64,000 bases of DNA from Tubiluchus corallicola. Lineage: Eukaryota > Animalia > Priapulida. The first letter of the stretch is position 1, and every line of letters starts with the position of its first letter. The position numbers were made by a program, and so were the translations under genes. Positions 13,701 to 28,700 of this stretch are shown here, piece after piece. The stretch is from assembly GCA_030141605.1 (NCBI GenBank), contig JAQGDQ010000052.1, positions 620,001-684,000 of the forward strand. The letters are read 5' to 3'. The notes under the pieces are model-generated. The model was not told the DNA's origin. It made no database searches and saw only the letters and a list, made by a program, of their open reading frames with translations.

Positions 13701-16700
13701 ACCTGGTGTTTTGTAAAATCATCTATGGAGTGTATTAAAAACATTCCACGTATAGGAGGCTAAAGGCATAAACTGAAGGGCCGATGCAACACATCTTCGA
13801 AAAACTCATAACTTTGGAGTAAACTAACTGACTGCCACTTCACCCATGTCTTAACACGAGGGATGTTTACAAAATGCCTCATACCTATTAGGGTGATGTC
13901 ACCAGAAACTGAAATAGCCAACAAAAGAACTACTTTGAACTTTTTGCTGCCAAGAATGTAAGTAGTTGAACTCTGTCAAGGCATTAAAGTTGAAGCAGAA
14001 AAGTCAAGTATCTTCTCCGAATACTACCTCTCGAGTGAGTAATGTGACAATAATAACGATAAACACTTGTTAGTTTGCAGATGTTCACGAAGTAAGTTTA
14101 CTTAAAGCTGAATAAACATTATACCAAATAAATTTAAAAATCTCATTCAAATTAGTTGAGTATGAAAATAGTTTCTCAGTATGCTGCTTCAACTGTAATT
14201 AAAGTAATGTGTTAATGAATCTTGAACAAAATGATGGTTCTTTTATATGGAAATAAGCATCTTTTAAAATAGGTACTCCGAAAACTGAAAGTACAATAAT
14301 GACAACTTGAATTTTCCTCCTCTTGCTTAAGGTAAGGTGGTTCCTCAGCAACTTTATCTTTATGGCTCCAGTTCATATAGTTTTTAAATTTTGGAAAGTT
14401 TTACGTGCACATAGTCCAATGCCTAGGATTTAGATAACTTGCATGAATATGTACTGCAAAGCTGCCTATGAAAGCTCTGATCTTGGTTACAAGATACTAG
14501 TAACATAATCTTACATACTTATTTTGGGCAACAACATGCTTCTTGCCGGATGTAGGTCATAGTTTTATACACTACTTTGGACTTTGACATTTTGACCATA
14601 TTAGATAAGGGAACTTTGTCTCTGACTCAGATAATGGAAAATCTCTTATCTATATAAAGACAGACGTAAACCGATCTGCTTGGCTGTTGATACATGGGTC
14701 CAGAATTTGAATCCTGCAATATTCTACTCAAACAGGACTTTCTGGTGCTTTTCTTGGTTTAATTAGCCTTAAACAAACAGCTGGTCGTGCACTGGGGAAG
14801 AGTGTTGGAGAAGTGACAGGCTAGCCACCTGTCAACTTTGTGCGCCGAAGCTTTATAACTAGATGACGCAACCATCTATCCCAAACATGCAATGAGGAGT
14901 ATGGGAACATCGCTTTTTTTCTCTGGAAAAACTTGTTTGTGGTGATTTACATAAAAACATTTTGATAAAAAGACTCCCAATGCTAATGTGTTATTGGCAA
15001 ATAGCATAATCGAAAGATTTGTTTATTATTCATAAAAACATGTATTCAAAAATTACCATGTTATATTAGTACATGCTTGATCACCTACCCAGTGCAAAAT
15101 CATAAAACAACAACATACTGAATAATAATCATCAAAAAATTGCACTTTGTCATCAGTCAGAGTAACTTTACAGCAATATACCTATACACAGCAGGAGACA
15201 CAAGATTACGAATGTCTTCTGGGTCAATACCACAAACAAGGTGACCAATCATCCGTAGAAATTCAGATGTCATCTCTTTAGGCCGAGCGAAGTTATATTC
15301 TACCCTGACTTTCTCAGCCAGATTCTGTTGCTGTAAAAAACAAACGAGTTTTAGTTTGACAAATATTGTGGAGAGAAAATGTGCTAAGTTCAGACTGCAA
15401 TAAATTTAGAAGCAAGTGACCTAAAAAGTTGAAATCTCACAGCATGATATTACAATATATTGAATTTTGGCTGGGAAAGGTTTGTGGCTTCAGTAAGTTT
15501 TGTGTTATGGCCGAAAAGCTTCTGCTATTAAAAATTTAAATGCAGGAAAAATAATAAAGCACTTAACACATGCCAACAAAACAATAAAGAAATCACCCCA
15601 AAAAGTTTACATCATGGTCTTCACCATAAAAGTTGAAGCAATGATAAAAATTTGTTATTAATATATAATATTGAATTTAATGCCACAGACAACAGTACTT
15701 GGAATTCACTTAAAGAGAAAGTGTATGACAGTTGCACTGAGCCATTTAATGCAGAGGAACTAAAGGCAAAACCCGTTGAGCGCTAGGACCAAATACCCCT
15801 TAAGAAGTGAAAAAATGTTAGCTGTTAGAAGAAATACCTTCATGTGGTTTGTAGTGAAAATGGTGGACACATAGAGCACTTCTTGTAAATTTTAACAGTA
15901 GTGAAATGCAATTTTTTTCTGGTGTTTACTTTTGCGCCACTTAATGTATTCATATCCTTATTGAGATCAGGAAAAACAACTTTTTTTGACTGAAGGCTCA
16001 TAATTCTTAGCTTTCAACAAAAAATTTAATTTAGTCATTTGATCTTTTCTACTTACAACTTCTTGTGATAACTCAGATAAGTCTCCCAACAGGGTTACTA
16101 CTTGGCTGTCATTTAGGAAAGGTAGCTCATTCACGTGTTCCACTTTCAGGCCATTTAAGAGATTGTTTGCACTTTTCAATAGGGCAGCTGTCATGTTGGA
16201 AACTGTTCCTCCATTGCTCTGTAAGAAAGTAAATAAAAAATTAGATTTATCATTCAATAATAAATAGATAAAATAGGTGACAATCTAACCTTATAAAGTT
16301 GCTAATAAAGATATACAAAATAGTAATTGGTACATTAAGGTCCAATGAGAAAACTAATAAGAATGGAAACTTTATTAAGAAACACTTAATTAACTTGCCT
16401 TGAGACTGCAAAACAAAAATATCTATGATAAACTTTTTAATTACTATTTGTCCTGCACCCCTGACACACAAAATTAATGTAAATGCTAAACTAAAGGCTT
16501 ATAAATTTGCAGATGGCTAAGAGTTTTGCCCAATCACCACATTTTTTTACAAATCAAAACTAATTGAATTAAAAGCTAGAACATTTAAAAATGAGCAAGA
16601 TGGACAGAAGGAAATTATTTTCATTACACCAAATTTATATTGTTATACTTTAATCATGCTTTTCTTTTTATCTTCTGCATTTCATTTCTTTGAAACAACA

Positions 16701-19700
16701 TGTAATAATGACGAATCATTACATTACATATATCCCAAATATGATGATGTGAAAACAATATCCATTTTTACATACTCACACATTATTTTTACATAATATA
16801 TTAGATTTTTGTTGTTTTTACAAGATATTTGATTGGATCAAATCATTGGTTATTTTCTTAAACAACTGTTCGACTCTATCATTGCGACAGTGGTCTCCCT
16901 TGAATTTCGGCAGCAAATAAGGTACGGATTGATCAGTACTCTATCGTACCGCTTGATGGTTAGTAGATTGTCTTCACCAGAGCCTGGTGTTTTCAAGTAT
17001 GATCCTATGGCATACTGCAAATGGAGGGTTGCTTTCGATGCATTAGTTGCTGATCAACCCATACCACAGAGTCACACCTGCATTATTTAAGTCAGTACCT
17101 AGGTGGTAGTGCTAAGAAGACAGTAGAAGGACTGCTGTTATTGGGTGGAGAAAATGTGTATAGGCAGGCGAGAAGACTATTGGATGACATGTTTGGTGAT
17201 CCAGCTAGTATGGTTTTTGTAAGAATTTGGAGTCCTTTCTCAAAATCCATCCCCAAGTCCTAAATTGTCGAGAGAGTATGCCTGGTATGCTAAACCAGTG
17301 TGCAGCAGCGATGCAGACTACAATTGATCTCGAAATCCTGAATGACTATAATGAAAATCGCAAGCTGTGTTCAAAACTGGCTGAACACATGTCTAAACAT
17401 TGGGCTCGCTATGTGACCAAAGGTAGTGAGAAACATCCGGATATCTTTCCCACTTGAGTTTACTAAATTTGTATAACAAGGGAATTCAAAATCAAAAATG
17501 TTCCTAGAACTGCTCTGTACACATGTACTGTTACACCATCTAAGGAGCAAGAGCCTATGGTAAGATTCAGAGGTGTTCTACATTCGGTAAATGCTAGTGA
17601 GAGGAAGCGTTCTTGAATATGTAGCTATGTAGAAGAAACCACAGAGGTGCTTCGGAAAAAATAGATCTTCGGCAGAAATACTTCCTGCATTGGATGGATG
17701 TTCTGAAAAATATAGTTCTTTGAAACTGCCAAGGTGTGTGTATTCTGAACCAGTAGATCCTAAAGTGAAATGTACTAATTCTCCTCTTGTGATATCTATG
17801 CATAAGTTAATAGATGATTTGACTGTAGATTCAGAAGCTGAAGAGTTTAGAAACAGTAATTTAGGAAAGTTTGTTGAGAAACCAATAGTTAACCAAGTCT
17901 GCAAAACACCTTAGTGTGATAGTTGCAACAGAGAGAAAGGTAAAGGTAAGAGAAGAAAACGAAAACATTAAGTTTTAAGCCCTAGAGAGGACACTAAGTG
18001 TCCACCAGTAATTAGCACAGAAAATATAGTTGGGGAAAGCTCTTATTGGGCAAAGGACTTAAGCAAAATTATAAGTGTGAGTTCATAATAGAAATTTCTA
18101 AATGACTCAACACACTGCTATTGGGAATGCTTATGGCATTCATTTTATGGTTTATTTGGATTCCGGTGCGATATTTCATTAATTTTATGTACAAGAGTAT
18201 TAAAGGGTTGAATACATTATTATTATTGAAGTATTAAAGGGGTGCGGATAGTAGTGACTTACTGCTAAAGTGGATGGCTTCACATATAGTGCCTATTATC
18301 ACTGTGATAAGCCTAAGTATGTTTATTGAGCATATGACGTCACGCAGTTAGAATGTTTTGCAAGTAAGGTCAAGATGCGTCTTAAACTGTTTCTTACTAA
18401 GGTAATGAGATTTGTAAAAACGAATAAAGAACTGCACTTTGAAAGGTGAGGCTTAGTTCATAGACTAATTGGTTTCTTCAGATTGTTTGCTTGTTTGAAT
18501 GGCTTATTCTGCTCAGTTAAAAATAAGATCGAAAACAGAAGTCTCATTTTGTTTTCTTCAAAGCAAATAGTGGTTTTTCTTATAAGCATGCTCAGTGGAG
18601 TATACTGGTTCAAATGCAATTTAAACTCGTCACATTAAGTTGTTTGAAATTTGCAAAGCTTTCGGAAATTCACATAGGTACTTGATTTAAAGTTTCGTGC
18701 AATTCGCACGAATAGCTGTGATAAAAAGTAATAATGTAAATGTGCCAAATCATGTAAGTTGCAATAAATTATATTTTGGGTGGCTACTCTTTTAATCAAA
18801 TAGTTGTGCGGTTTTCCTTACAAAGTCATGAATTAATCTAAATTACGTATTTCAATAACAGCAAGACATTTTAATTAAGCACTCGTAGACGTAAGCGTTA
18901 TGCATCTTTTTCTATAAAAACAAATTAGACTATATATATTCCCAAGCGTTTGTTTGAATTCTAATCAACAAATTTAAAACCAGGCCGATGTCTCTTCCAC
19001 AAATTTCTGAAAAAAAGAGCCATTTTTCACATACTTGTCCTGCTTATCTTTGTGATTTGTTACCACGAAGTACTTCTGAAAGGACTGACTATTATAACTT
19101 ACGGCATTCTAATACCTTAACACTGATAAGGTATAACACCATGTATTTTCAAACAAGTTTTACTTCTTCTTGCATTAAACTCTGGTTTCAATTAAATGCT
19201 AAAATACGAAACTCGGCTTCTCTGTATAGTTTTAAAAAAGCTCTAATCTGTAGCCTTCACCCCAAATATCGACTCTACTACTTTACAGGGCCACATTATG
19301 CAGCAAGTTTGACATGTAGAGTACGTCTTGATCAAAATGCTTTAAACTATTCTCTATATGAAAGTAACTTGTGTCCTTCACCTGTCTGCAGTAACTGTAA
19401 ATTACGTATTGAAAATCGTACTCATTACCTGTTCTATTGCTTATGCCAAACTTAGCATCAATTATATTAATAATGTTATTTTCTTTACTTCAGCCTTCTT
19501 TTAACTTTTATAGCTTAACTGCTATGGAAAAGATGAAATTACTTATGTGTGGTTCGTATGCCTTACCAGTATTAATGAAGTTTTACTGACGAAAATAAAA
19601 AATTTTATTACAGAAGCTAAGAGACCACTTTGATATTCTATGTTGTAATGAATTGTAAAATGCCATAGCTTACCTATGTAATTTCACCTTTAGCTGTTAA

Positions 19701-22700
19701 AATTTGTCTATGCATCATTATGATATATTTGTGATTTTTCTTGTGTGTCAACTTCAGTTTATTACCTCAGAAGAAACTTTAGTTAAGCATTGTAATGCTG
19801 TATTGTTAATCCCGAGATTAATAAAATACGTTTATACCTTTTTTTAAAAACCTTTTTAAAATTTGGTTGGATATAAATGTACTAAAACTCAATTTTCTTT
19901 TGTGAAATTGTTAGCTGCTTGCCAATATTACTAATTAACCTGGAGTGATAAACTGGGTGAAAGTTCCTAAATTTAGTGGCTTCATATATCAAAAACGTTG
20001 CGTAAATCACAGAATATTGTCTTTAATCTGTCCCGTGGCATCAGAGCAGCTAAGTTCAGTGGCGCACTACACTTCCTGTGCTACCTGCTGGGTTCCCAAC
20101 CAATTTTTTCGCGTTGTCTAGCACGTCAGTTTGCGCTTCTATTTCTTGCAAAGGGAAGGGAAGTTCTATCTCACTGCGATCTTGTTTATGCTTGTTAGAT
20201 ATTATAATGATAACCTGCATAATTGATAGCCTGTCGTGTGTGGCGTGGCCTGTAGTGATTCCCTGTCAAGGAACCTTTGACACCGTTATTCAGATTGTGT
20301 AGCGGGTGTACGTACACTTTTCATAAGGTAAATTTGAACAAATTTAGGGGAGCCATGTAACTGCTACTGAAGCCATCTTGCTATTCATGACCTAAGACTT
20401 AGTTTTCCACATATATAGAACTGGGATAGATACTTGTAAATTCGTGCTGGATGTCTGAAATTGGCCAAGTAATTAATCAAATTTTCGGTTAGATTAGCCC
20501 CTTTCTCAAGTCCATGACCTCACTTTGGCGGCAAGTTTTTGCAAGCAACAGACAAACGGCAACGAATTTACCATTTAGTGTTAAATCCATCATTTAACGT
20601 AAAATCTTCAGGTTTTTATGTTGGCTTTATGCTTATTTTGAGTTTAACATCATAAATATTTATGAAGACATGTAATTCCATGGTTACATATCACGGAATG
20701 GTAGTTCAGTGAAAATAAAGTTTATTATACGACACAAGCTTTTCTTGTGTCATCTTAATAAACACTGAAAGTGTTGAATTCTGGTTTGTTTTCTGCCTCA
20801 AAGTCTATAACGGTTGACAAGGGCATTACTAGCCGTAGAAGTAAATTTCGGGCAAGAATATGGGTCTTCATCACCAGTAAAATTAGTGGAGACTATACGC
20901 AGTATCCTGATTAACACAACCAAGCACAACTGAAATAGTATCATAGGTTCAGTAAGAAAGTAGCAAAGCGACTGTCTAAAAATGCTATGGTTTGTCCTGT
21001 AAAAAGAGCACACCCTTTCCTGCTACCACTAGTAGCAGCAACTTGGCATTAGAGACTGACAAAATGATGCAAGGAAAAATTGACAATTTGAAAGAAAAAC
21101 TACATTTTAGTCTTCAAGTTATTTTATTCGTTTGCTAAAATTTTTTCATTAGTTAGAGATTTTACTAAATTTCTTTGTGAACGCAGAATCTTTACTAAGC
21201 AGGTAGACCCATAAAAATTAAAAAAATTCAAAAGAGTGTCAAGCATGAACTATCAAAGAGAAATTGAGCCTTAAGCTCAGTGGTGATTTCAATTCTGGAC
21301 CCAAAGTTTAGTGGCAACATAGATATTAATCAAAACTGAAATGCCAAGATAGTTTTGTCACACACCAGTTAAGAAAGAATTAAGAAACAATTAATAAGAA
21401 AACGAAAACAGCAAATGGGTAACCAGGTACTCACAAAATAACCAATGAATTATTACTGAGAATAGATTTATACATTTTTTATTTAGACAACAAACTTTTG
21501 TTAGTATTGACACAAAATTGCAATAGAAATTAGCAATAAGGAAGGGAAACACTGTCTTAAGTGTGCTCCCATATGACTCCAAAATGTCTTCAAATGCAAC
21601 AAAGTGCATTAGCGACCACAAATCCCACTGGGAGAGCTTATACAATTCTCCTCCAGACACCCTAACTTGGTTAGTGGCTTCTGCTCTGTACAGTACACCT
21701 TGTTAAAATTTAGCGATTTGAGCAGTGGTTGTGTGTATTAAAAATCTTGGTAATAGACTTGCAATTAATCTTGCTTCTTCCAACCTCGGCCCAAACCCTG
21801 TTCCAATCTTCCGAACTGTTTGAAAATTCCCTCAGTTTGAAATCCCAAAAATTGTGTTTAATCCAAAAATCTAATCAATTACCTTGAAATTAAGACTGTA
21901 AAGAATCATTTACGCTCTAAATTAAATGCAAAAAAATTAAATCAGCCTAATCAGTAAGTGAGAGTAAACCGGCATAAAAATATTCTTGGTAGGTTATCGG
22001 GATTGAATCTAGGCCTGCCTTTAAACCATGGGCTATATGACCTGAAGGAAGTGACCAATTCACATTACAATGCAAGAGATCTTGCTCAAATTCTGTTCTA
22101 ACTGTTCAAATCTTTCTCTTAATCAAACTCGGTTCTAACTCTTCAAATCTTTTTCTTGATCAAATTGAGTTCTACCTGTTCAAGTATTTCTATTTTGGTT
22201 AAGCCTATTTACAAAAATCCATTATTTGTTTCATCAGTAGAAAATCATGCTGTAGCAATGGAAAATGAATATTAAAGTGTCCAGACTGAACTAAGTACAA
22301 AAACTGTCCAATAACTCTTGAGTACCAACAGCTTGTTTAGAGTATCGGAAATAACAATGAGAAAAAAATTAACACGAACCTTTATTACAGCTTCCCAAAG
22401 AATCGTCACTTTCTCTTTTTGCATCCAATCCATTTCTCCCACTTCATCTAAGCAGTTTTGAATATCTTTTAAGGTACCTAACTCCTCCACCGAATATGCA
22501 ATTGACAGCTCCATATTATCTTGTATGTCAAGGCAAGTCAGATTATGTTGCAAGGTTTCATCAACGTCTTCGGCTATAAAGATATGAAATAAAACGGAGT
22601 CCGGAAGGAAGCAGTACTGTCAGCCATATTGTCTACCATATATCTAGATGAACTTTTATTAAGATTGCATAATTATGGAGGTAGTGATGGGCGCAAGCAG

Positions 22701-25700
22701 GCAGATGCACTGATGCATGTGCATCCAAAGAATTTCTTAAATTAGTTTTTTATGGCTAAATAAAACTTTTAGCAGTAAACCAAAGAAACATATAACTCTT
22801 GGTTGTTTTCGCAATAATGAGTTTTGAACTAATGAACTTGCCTGAGGAAATAGCTTCTAGCAACTGCAAAATGGGATAAAATGCAATGATGCATAAGTGG
22901 GCGAGACATTTTGCTGTTTAGCTGTGTCTGGTGGGAAAAATTAGCACGCACACAAACTTATTAAATTTTGTATGAACAGTGGGAGGGCTGTAAACTTAAC
23001 AGTCTCAAATAAGTTTTATGTTGACTATCCAGATTTTGCTGGGTAGATAATTTTTGCACTAAATAAATTGAGCTTAAGGGGTCATCCGGACACTAATGGG
23101 TCATCCGCAGTTGTGTATTACGAACTTGCTTTTAAGAAATATGAGTACTGCAATAGAATACAATCAATGTTACCTAGGGAAATGTAGGTAAAATATATTT
23201 ATTAAAGCAGAATTTTTCACATTTGAAGAAGTCTATATACCAGAATTTAAATCTCATTTGAGGTCACCAAAACATACTTAAATACTGGAAAAAGCGTTGA
23301 AAAATGTATCCGGACCTCACTGACGGAGCTTACGGTACTATACCGAACCCCCTAGCTGTTTGTGCATCAAAATTTTAACCTCTGGCAGAGCCAATGGAGT
23401 TAGTTGTTACACATGAAATGTATTTTGCAGATGTGTTGGGCTACAGAGATGATTTGACGGTATTAGTTCCATCAGTAAAATATTTACAAAAGATGTTGGA
23501 GATATGTGAAAACTATGGTCTTGAATATAACCTAAATGTTTTAAACACACAAGGTAAAAAAAAATCAAAAACAAGTGCATAAAATGCAAAAAACAGCCAA
23601 ATCCATCTGCGGGTCCTACTGTGTATTTAGGCAGACACCCTTTACCCTAGGTATCTAGGTATCTAAAAACCAGATATCTCATTTAGGACATATTATTAGT
23701 GAAAATCTATCTCGTGAAGCCGATCTAATGGCAAAGAAAGGTTTGTTCATTAGCCAACAGACTTATACACGGTTTCCACAACCTCAACAGGAATCTGAAA
23801 ATGAGATTGTTGCAAGCATTTTGTTCTTTCTATGGCTCATTACTATGGCAATTAACATCATCCACATTAAGTACTTTAGACCTCCTCGAATGATGCTATA
23901 AAAAGCTGCTTAAGCTGCCAAATACAACACACACACTTGATTAATACCAGCAATAGTAACCTAAGCACACCAAAATCCAGATTATTAGCAGGTTTATGAA
24001 ATTATATGCTAAATAGTGGTAACAACCAGTTAGTATTTTCCAGTGTAAAGAACTCGAAAATGTTTTTTGCAACTGTTATTGGAAGAAACTCGAGTTTTCT
24101 AATTTATAAATACAGTACAAGACTTAATTAATAACTGTGTTGAGGCCAAATAATTGTTTATAAAAAGCTTGTTGAAAATTGATCAAGGGAACAAGATATG
24201 GCACATGTACATGTGATTATTAAAACTTTGGACTGTTTAGACAAATTTTCCTACATTCCACTGTCTCACTATGAATTAACAGAATTTATAAATCATGTAT
24301 GTAGGCTGTAAATATTGTAATCACTAACCATATAAATATTATTGTTACATGTTAACTACTACGTAAATTATGATATACTACTGCACAAATGATAAACAGA
24401 TAAAACGATAATAATAATAAAATAAAGGGAAAATACAAATTCCACTTTAATGTTCTATCGGATATTTCAACAGCAAAATAGCATTTCTTTGTAACTAGTA
24501 TAGACTTACCCAAAGCATTTACTAATTTTAAGTGTAATAAAATACGGCATTTAGCAGTTGAAGCTTGAAAGTTGAAAGCATATTTATTAATGAAGTTATG
24601 TTTAGCAGGTACATGTACTAATTATCTTGAAAATAAATTATCAGTCAAACTGCTACAGAGGCGAAAGATGTTTTTTGGTGGATGGTATAAGTAATATCTT
24701 CTACAATGGAGTGAAGAGATAGCATGATTGTGCTTTGTTGTCAGCACCACATAATATTGCGATCACCTTTTTGAATCTCTAACATTGCCTGTTTTTTGCT
24801 AGAAGAGGAGAGTCAGAAGGGAAAATGTTTATTAAAACAGCTCAGTAACAACTGATTAACTTGCAATAAAGTGACTTAAAAGGCAGCACTGCAAATATTT
24901 TTAATGTTCAGCTCAAATCATAGCCACTCAAGCCAATGGCCACTCAGGTTAAAAGGCCAAGATTAAAATTCACTAAAAGCGTTAAAAACAACAAACTTTG
25001 TCAAATCCAAACTGGATCATTACAAATTGCCATAGCTACACCTGAATGAAACCAAGACTTGACTTATTGCAGTACGACAGACTCTTTGAAATTAATAAGG
25101 TTACAGAAAAGTTAGTAGTGCCGATAAGCACCCCATAATTAGTTTTCCAACACATAGACCTATAATTACATAAAACAACACTGTAGGCAGGTTTTCTAGG
25201 TCTGTAACACATACGTCACTATTGGGCTTACAAGAAAGAGGGTTAGAGGGCTACGTGATCATCAATACCAGGAAAATATTTTTCAAGTTATATTTAATTG
25301 GCAGGTGTACTTGCTATAAAAGCAAAGGTACTCCTTGCGTAAGCAAATGTACATGTACTTCTCACAGAAATAACCGTGCTGATAACAAATATTTTGTAGT
25401 TATTTGAGCAACAATAAACAATTCCAGAGTTGCTTACATCTTTTCTTTCGTCCTGGTGTAAAAAATCCAACAAAATCTTCATCTGAGAGAGTAATATCAT
25501 GCAACATATAATCCACAAGGTTAAGACCAAGAATAGCGACCATTGTATCGACGTTTGTTTCGTTATTTTTATTTTGTACGCATTCCAACAGAGACTGAAT
25601 AAATCTACCCTTCCATTCAAAACATTTTACGAACTCACGCTTCAATGGAAAAATACTTTCCTATAAAAAACAAACAAATCAAAGCAGGTAAGATAAGAAT

Positions 25701-28700
25701 CAACAGTGAACACTTTTTTTTTAAAAAAATCTTGCTTAATACATTTGAGCCTTTGTAATTTTGAAGAAACTAGCTCACAATCTTGCTCACAAATTGAGGC
25801 TACTCAAGACATGCAATTATACTAGCAACATTAGACTGTTTTACTACAAGACTAAAATTTGCAAAAACTGCATAAAGTTTTAGCAGCACCTATTCAAAAT
25901 TTACAAAGATTGGTAAACCAAGATGAGCTGTTTGCACCCGAGCTGTTATAACCAATTCACATTCACTAATCCTTAAATATTAAAACCAAAAACAAATTGA
26001 TAGTGGAAAGTTTTAATTAAAATGAACAAAAAATAAATTTCTACTTACTTTTGGAATTTGATTCAGTTGTGATCTATCAAATACAAAGAGTAAGCATCGA
26101 ACTTTCATCAATGTAATTTCATCCCAAGTGGAGAGTTCACTGAAATAAATAAATTAATGAAATCTGCTAAAATGTTAATAAAGCTCCTAACACAATATTA
26201 CACAGTATTCTCAATGTGTTTTAATAGAATCATGGTTATCACTCAAATTAGTGCTAATTCACACAATAAATTTGTAATATTAAATATTTAAAAGCTTTCC
26301 TAAGTTGAACATATTGTTTCAGTGAAAATGTTTTATAATATTATACAGTGTGAAATTGGCTGCAAAAATTATAGGATCAAGGAGACTTGACACTCAACAA
26401 AAACACCCCATAAAGTCGTCTTGTGGAATTAATCATCATTTTTTATACAATTCAGCACATTGCAAGCTACAGTTCTGCACATTGCAAGCTGCTAGTCCTA
26501 CTTAATATGGGACTGTTGTAGCAAGACTGTAATAATCTTGTTAAAAAGGATAATCCCCCAAGATGAGACACTAATTAGCAGAGGTTTCTTAGCCACATTT
26601 GGACACATCGTCCCTCAACTAGGAAATCTGCCACAGTCATTAAATTGAATGAAAGTTAACACAGCTTTTGTAAATGAATGTACTAATAATGTTAACATTC
26701 AATACTATGTACAATGTTACAAATGTTTAATGTAATATTTAGACATGTATAGAAATGATGATTTTGGAATCAGAGTTGATTAATCACAAATACTTTGTTG
26801 TTGGCATCCTTCTGTCTCGGAAGACAATGGAGTGTGCGCCAAGAGAGTCAGTTATTGATTGCATTGATGGAACTGCAGTGTTGACTGTGGCTGAGCAGTC
26901 CGATCCTTGAACCACTGGAGTGGCCTCTCCAAGGCGCATGCCTGGGCAAGGTGTATGGAGATCCTGAGTTGCCCAAACAACAGGAACCCCTTTTCTTCTT
27001 CCCTGGTGTAGTCCAAACAAAAGGGGAGCGATACGTTTGGCACCAGGTTGGCAGCAGGAGGCTCCACTCCTGATTTGGAAGGTTTACTCTTCTACACATG
27101 GCCGTTGGGTCACTTGACCTCCTCTGCCCTCTAGCTGTTGGCTACTTATGCAGCTCCTCCGCCTAGTATCGAGATACAGTGTGGGCAACCCGCAAGCCTA
27201 CAGCACCTGGTATTCCTAGGTGGTCACCCATCCAAGTACTAACCAGGCTCTATGTTGCTTAACTTCGGCGATCAGACAAGAACCGGTGTTTTTAACGTGA
27301 TATGGCCATAGTTTATAGTTTAATACTTATTAGTTTAATAAATGTGTGGTTTAATGTGATCTATTTTTTAGAAAAGGAAAAATTACATGCGTGCTACGCT
27401 TTCTAAGAATAGTAATAGATATAATAGATGCTCAATTGCTTATGCCATTACAACATGTACTACAATAATTTAATAACATTAAAATTTATCAGACAAATCG
27501 TAAATTCAACACGTAATTGAAGCTATAAGCAAAAACGTACCCAAATGCATCAATAAGCTTTTCTTGCCACAGAACTTGGAAATCGGCATCATAACAAGCT
27601 GACTCAAACTTTTCCACATTTTCAGCAACTTGTTCTTTGGTCAAACTCTTCACCATTGGATATGGCAATAAAGCAGACAGTTGTCCTAATGCATCAAACT
27701 GCTCAGCTGTAATGCTTGCAGGTGACGGTGAATCCTATACAAACGAAAACAGATTGATGCCTTGTTTCTGAGTCAAAATTTTGAAACTTCAGCACCTTTC
27801 ACATCAGTAAGTTTTTCGTGCAATTATAAGTGTAACAAGTCCAATGTTTTCAAAAAAATTTCGATTCATCAAAGAAAGTCTAAAAAGTACAAGCTCATTT
27901 TTTATTCAGACATGTCGTGAAATATACTTCATAGCTAGACATATGAAGAGGTAAGCATTTGTGTAAGACTACCATACTTGCTTTCAAAATTGATGACTGC
28001 AGTTGTTTCTGCAAAATTTCTATTCTGAGGTGAGTTAATACCCTTAAAGAATCAATCAATATAGGTTTACCTACAGATAGGGTGACAAATGTCCCTGCCC
28101 TGACACTGTCGCATAGCCGGATGGGAAAGGGGGGTATAGAAGTAAATCTTCCCATAGTCATGGCAGGTTGGCAAATCACTTTAATATTTTGTATTGTTAA
28201 CCAGTTTTTAAATGTTTGTGTAAGTGGTTTATAGTAATTATAGTAAACACATGACTGGATTCAGAGAGACCATTCAGGTATCTGTGAATGTGATGTATGA
28301 TTGGTGGTGTGTGATTTGCCATTTTAGAATTTACGAAAAATATTTTTGAAATTCTTGTCTCTTTTCAGTATAAATAATGCCCTAGCAGATAATCCTTCCT
28401 AGTGAGTGTGCATAATTATTTTTCCAACAATTATTTTAACATTATAACAAAAAGATTATCATTTGTATACTTTGCATTCATTTATCATATAACAGTAAAG
28501 TATTTATTTCAAGCATTTAACCAATTGATTTTATCACTCTTGCAAAATAGGGTATGATGATGCAACAAATTCGGAAATAAGTGCTCTAAAAAGGAGAAAT
28601 CTCGCGGCATGACATTACAATACATAAAAATGCTGGAACAATGTTAGCACAATTATCAATTGAAAAACCGCCACGCGAAGGTATAAAGCACATTATACAT

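Noticed and set aside
27194-27313. Functional 5S rRNA gene
   Set aside because: Single copy with several substitutions, no oligo-T terminator and no tandem array.
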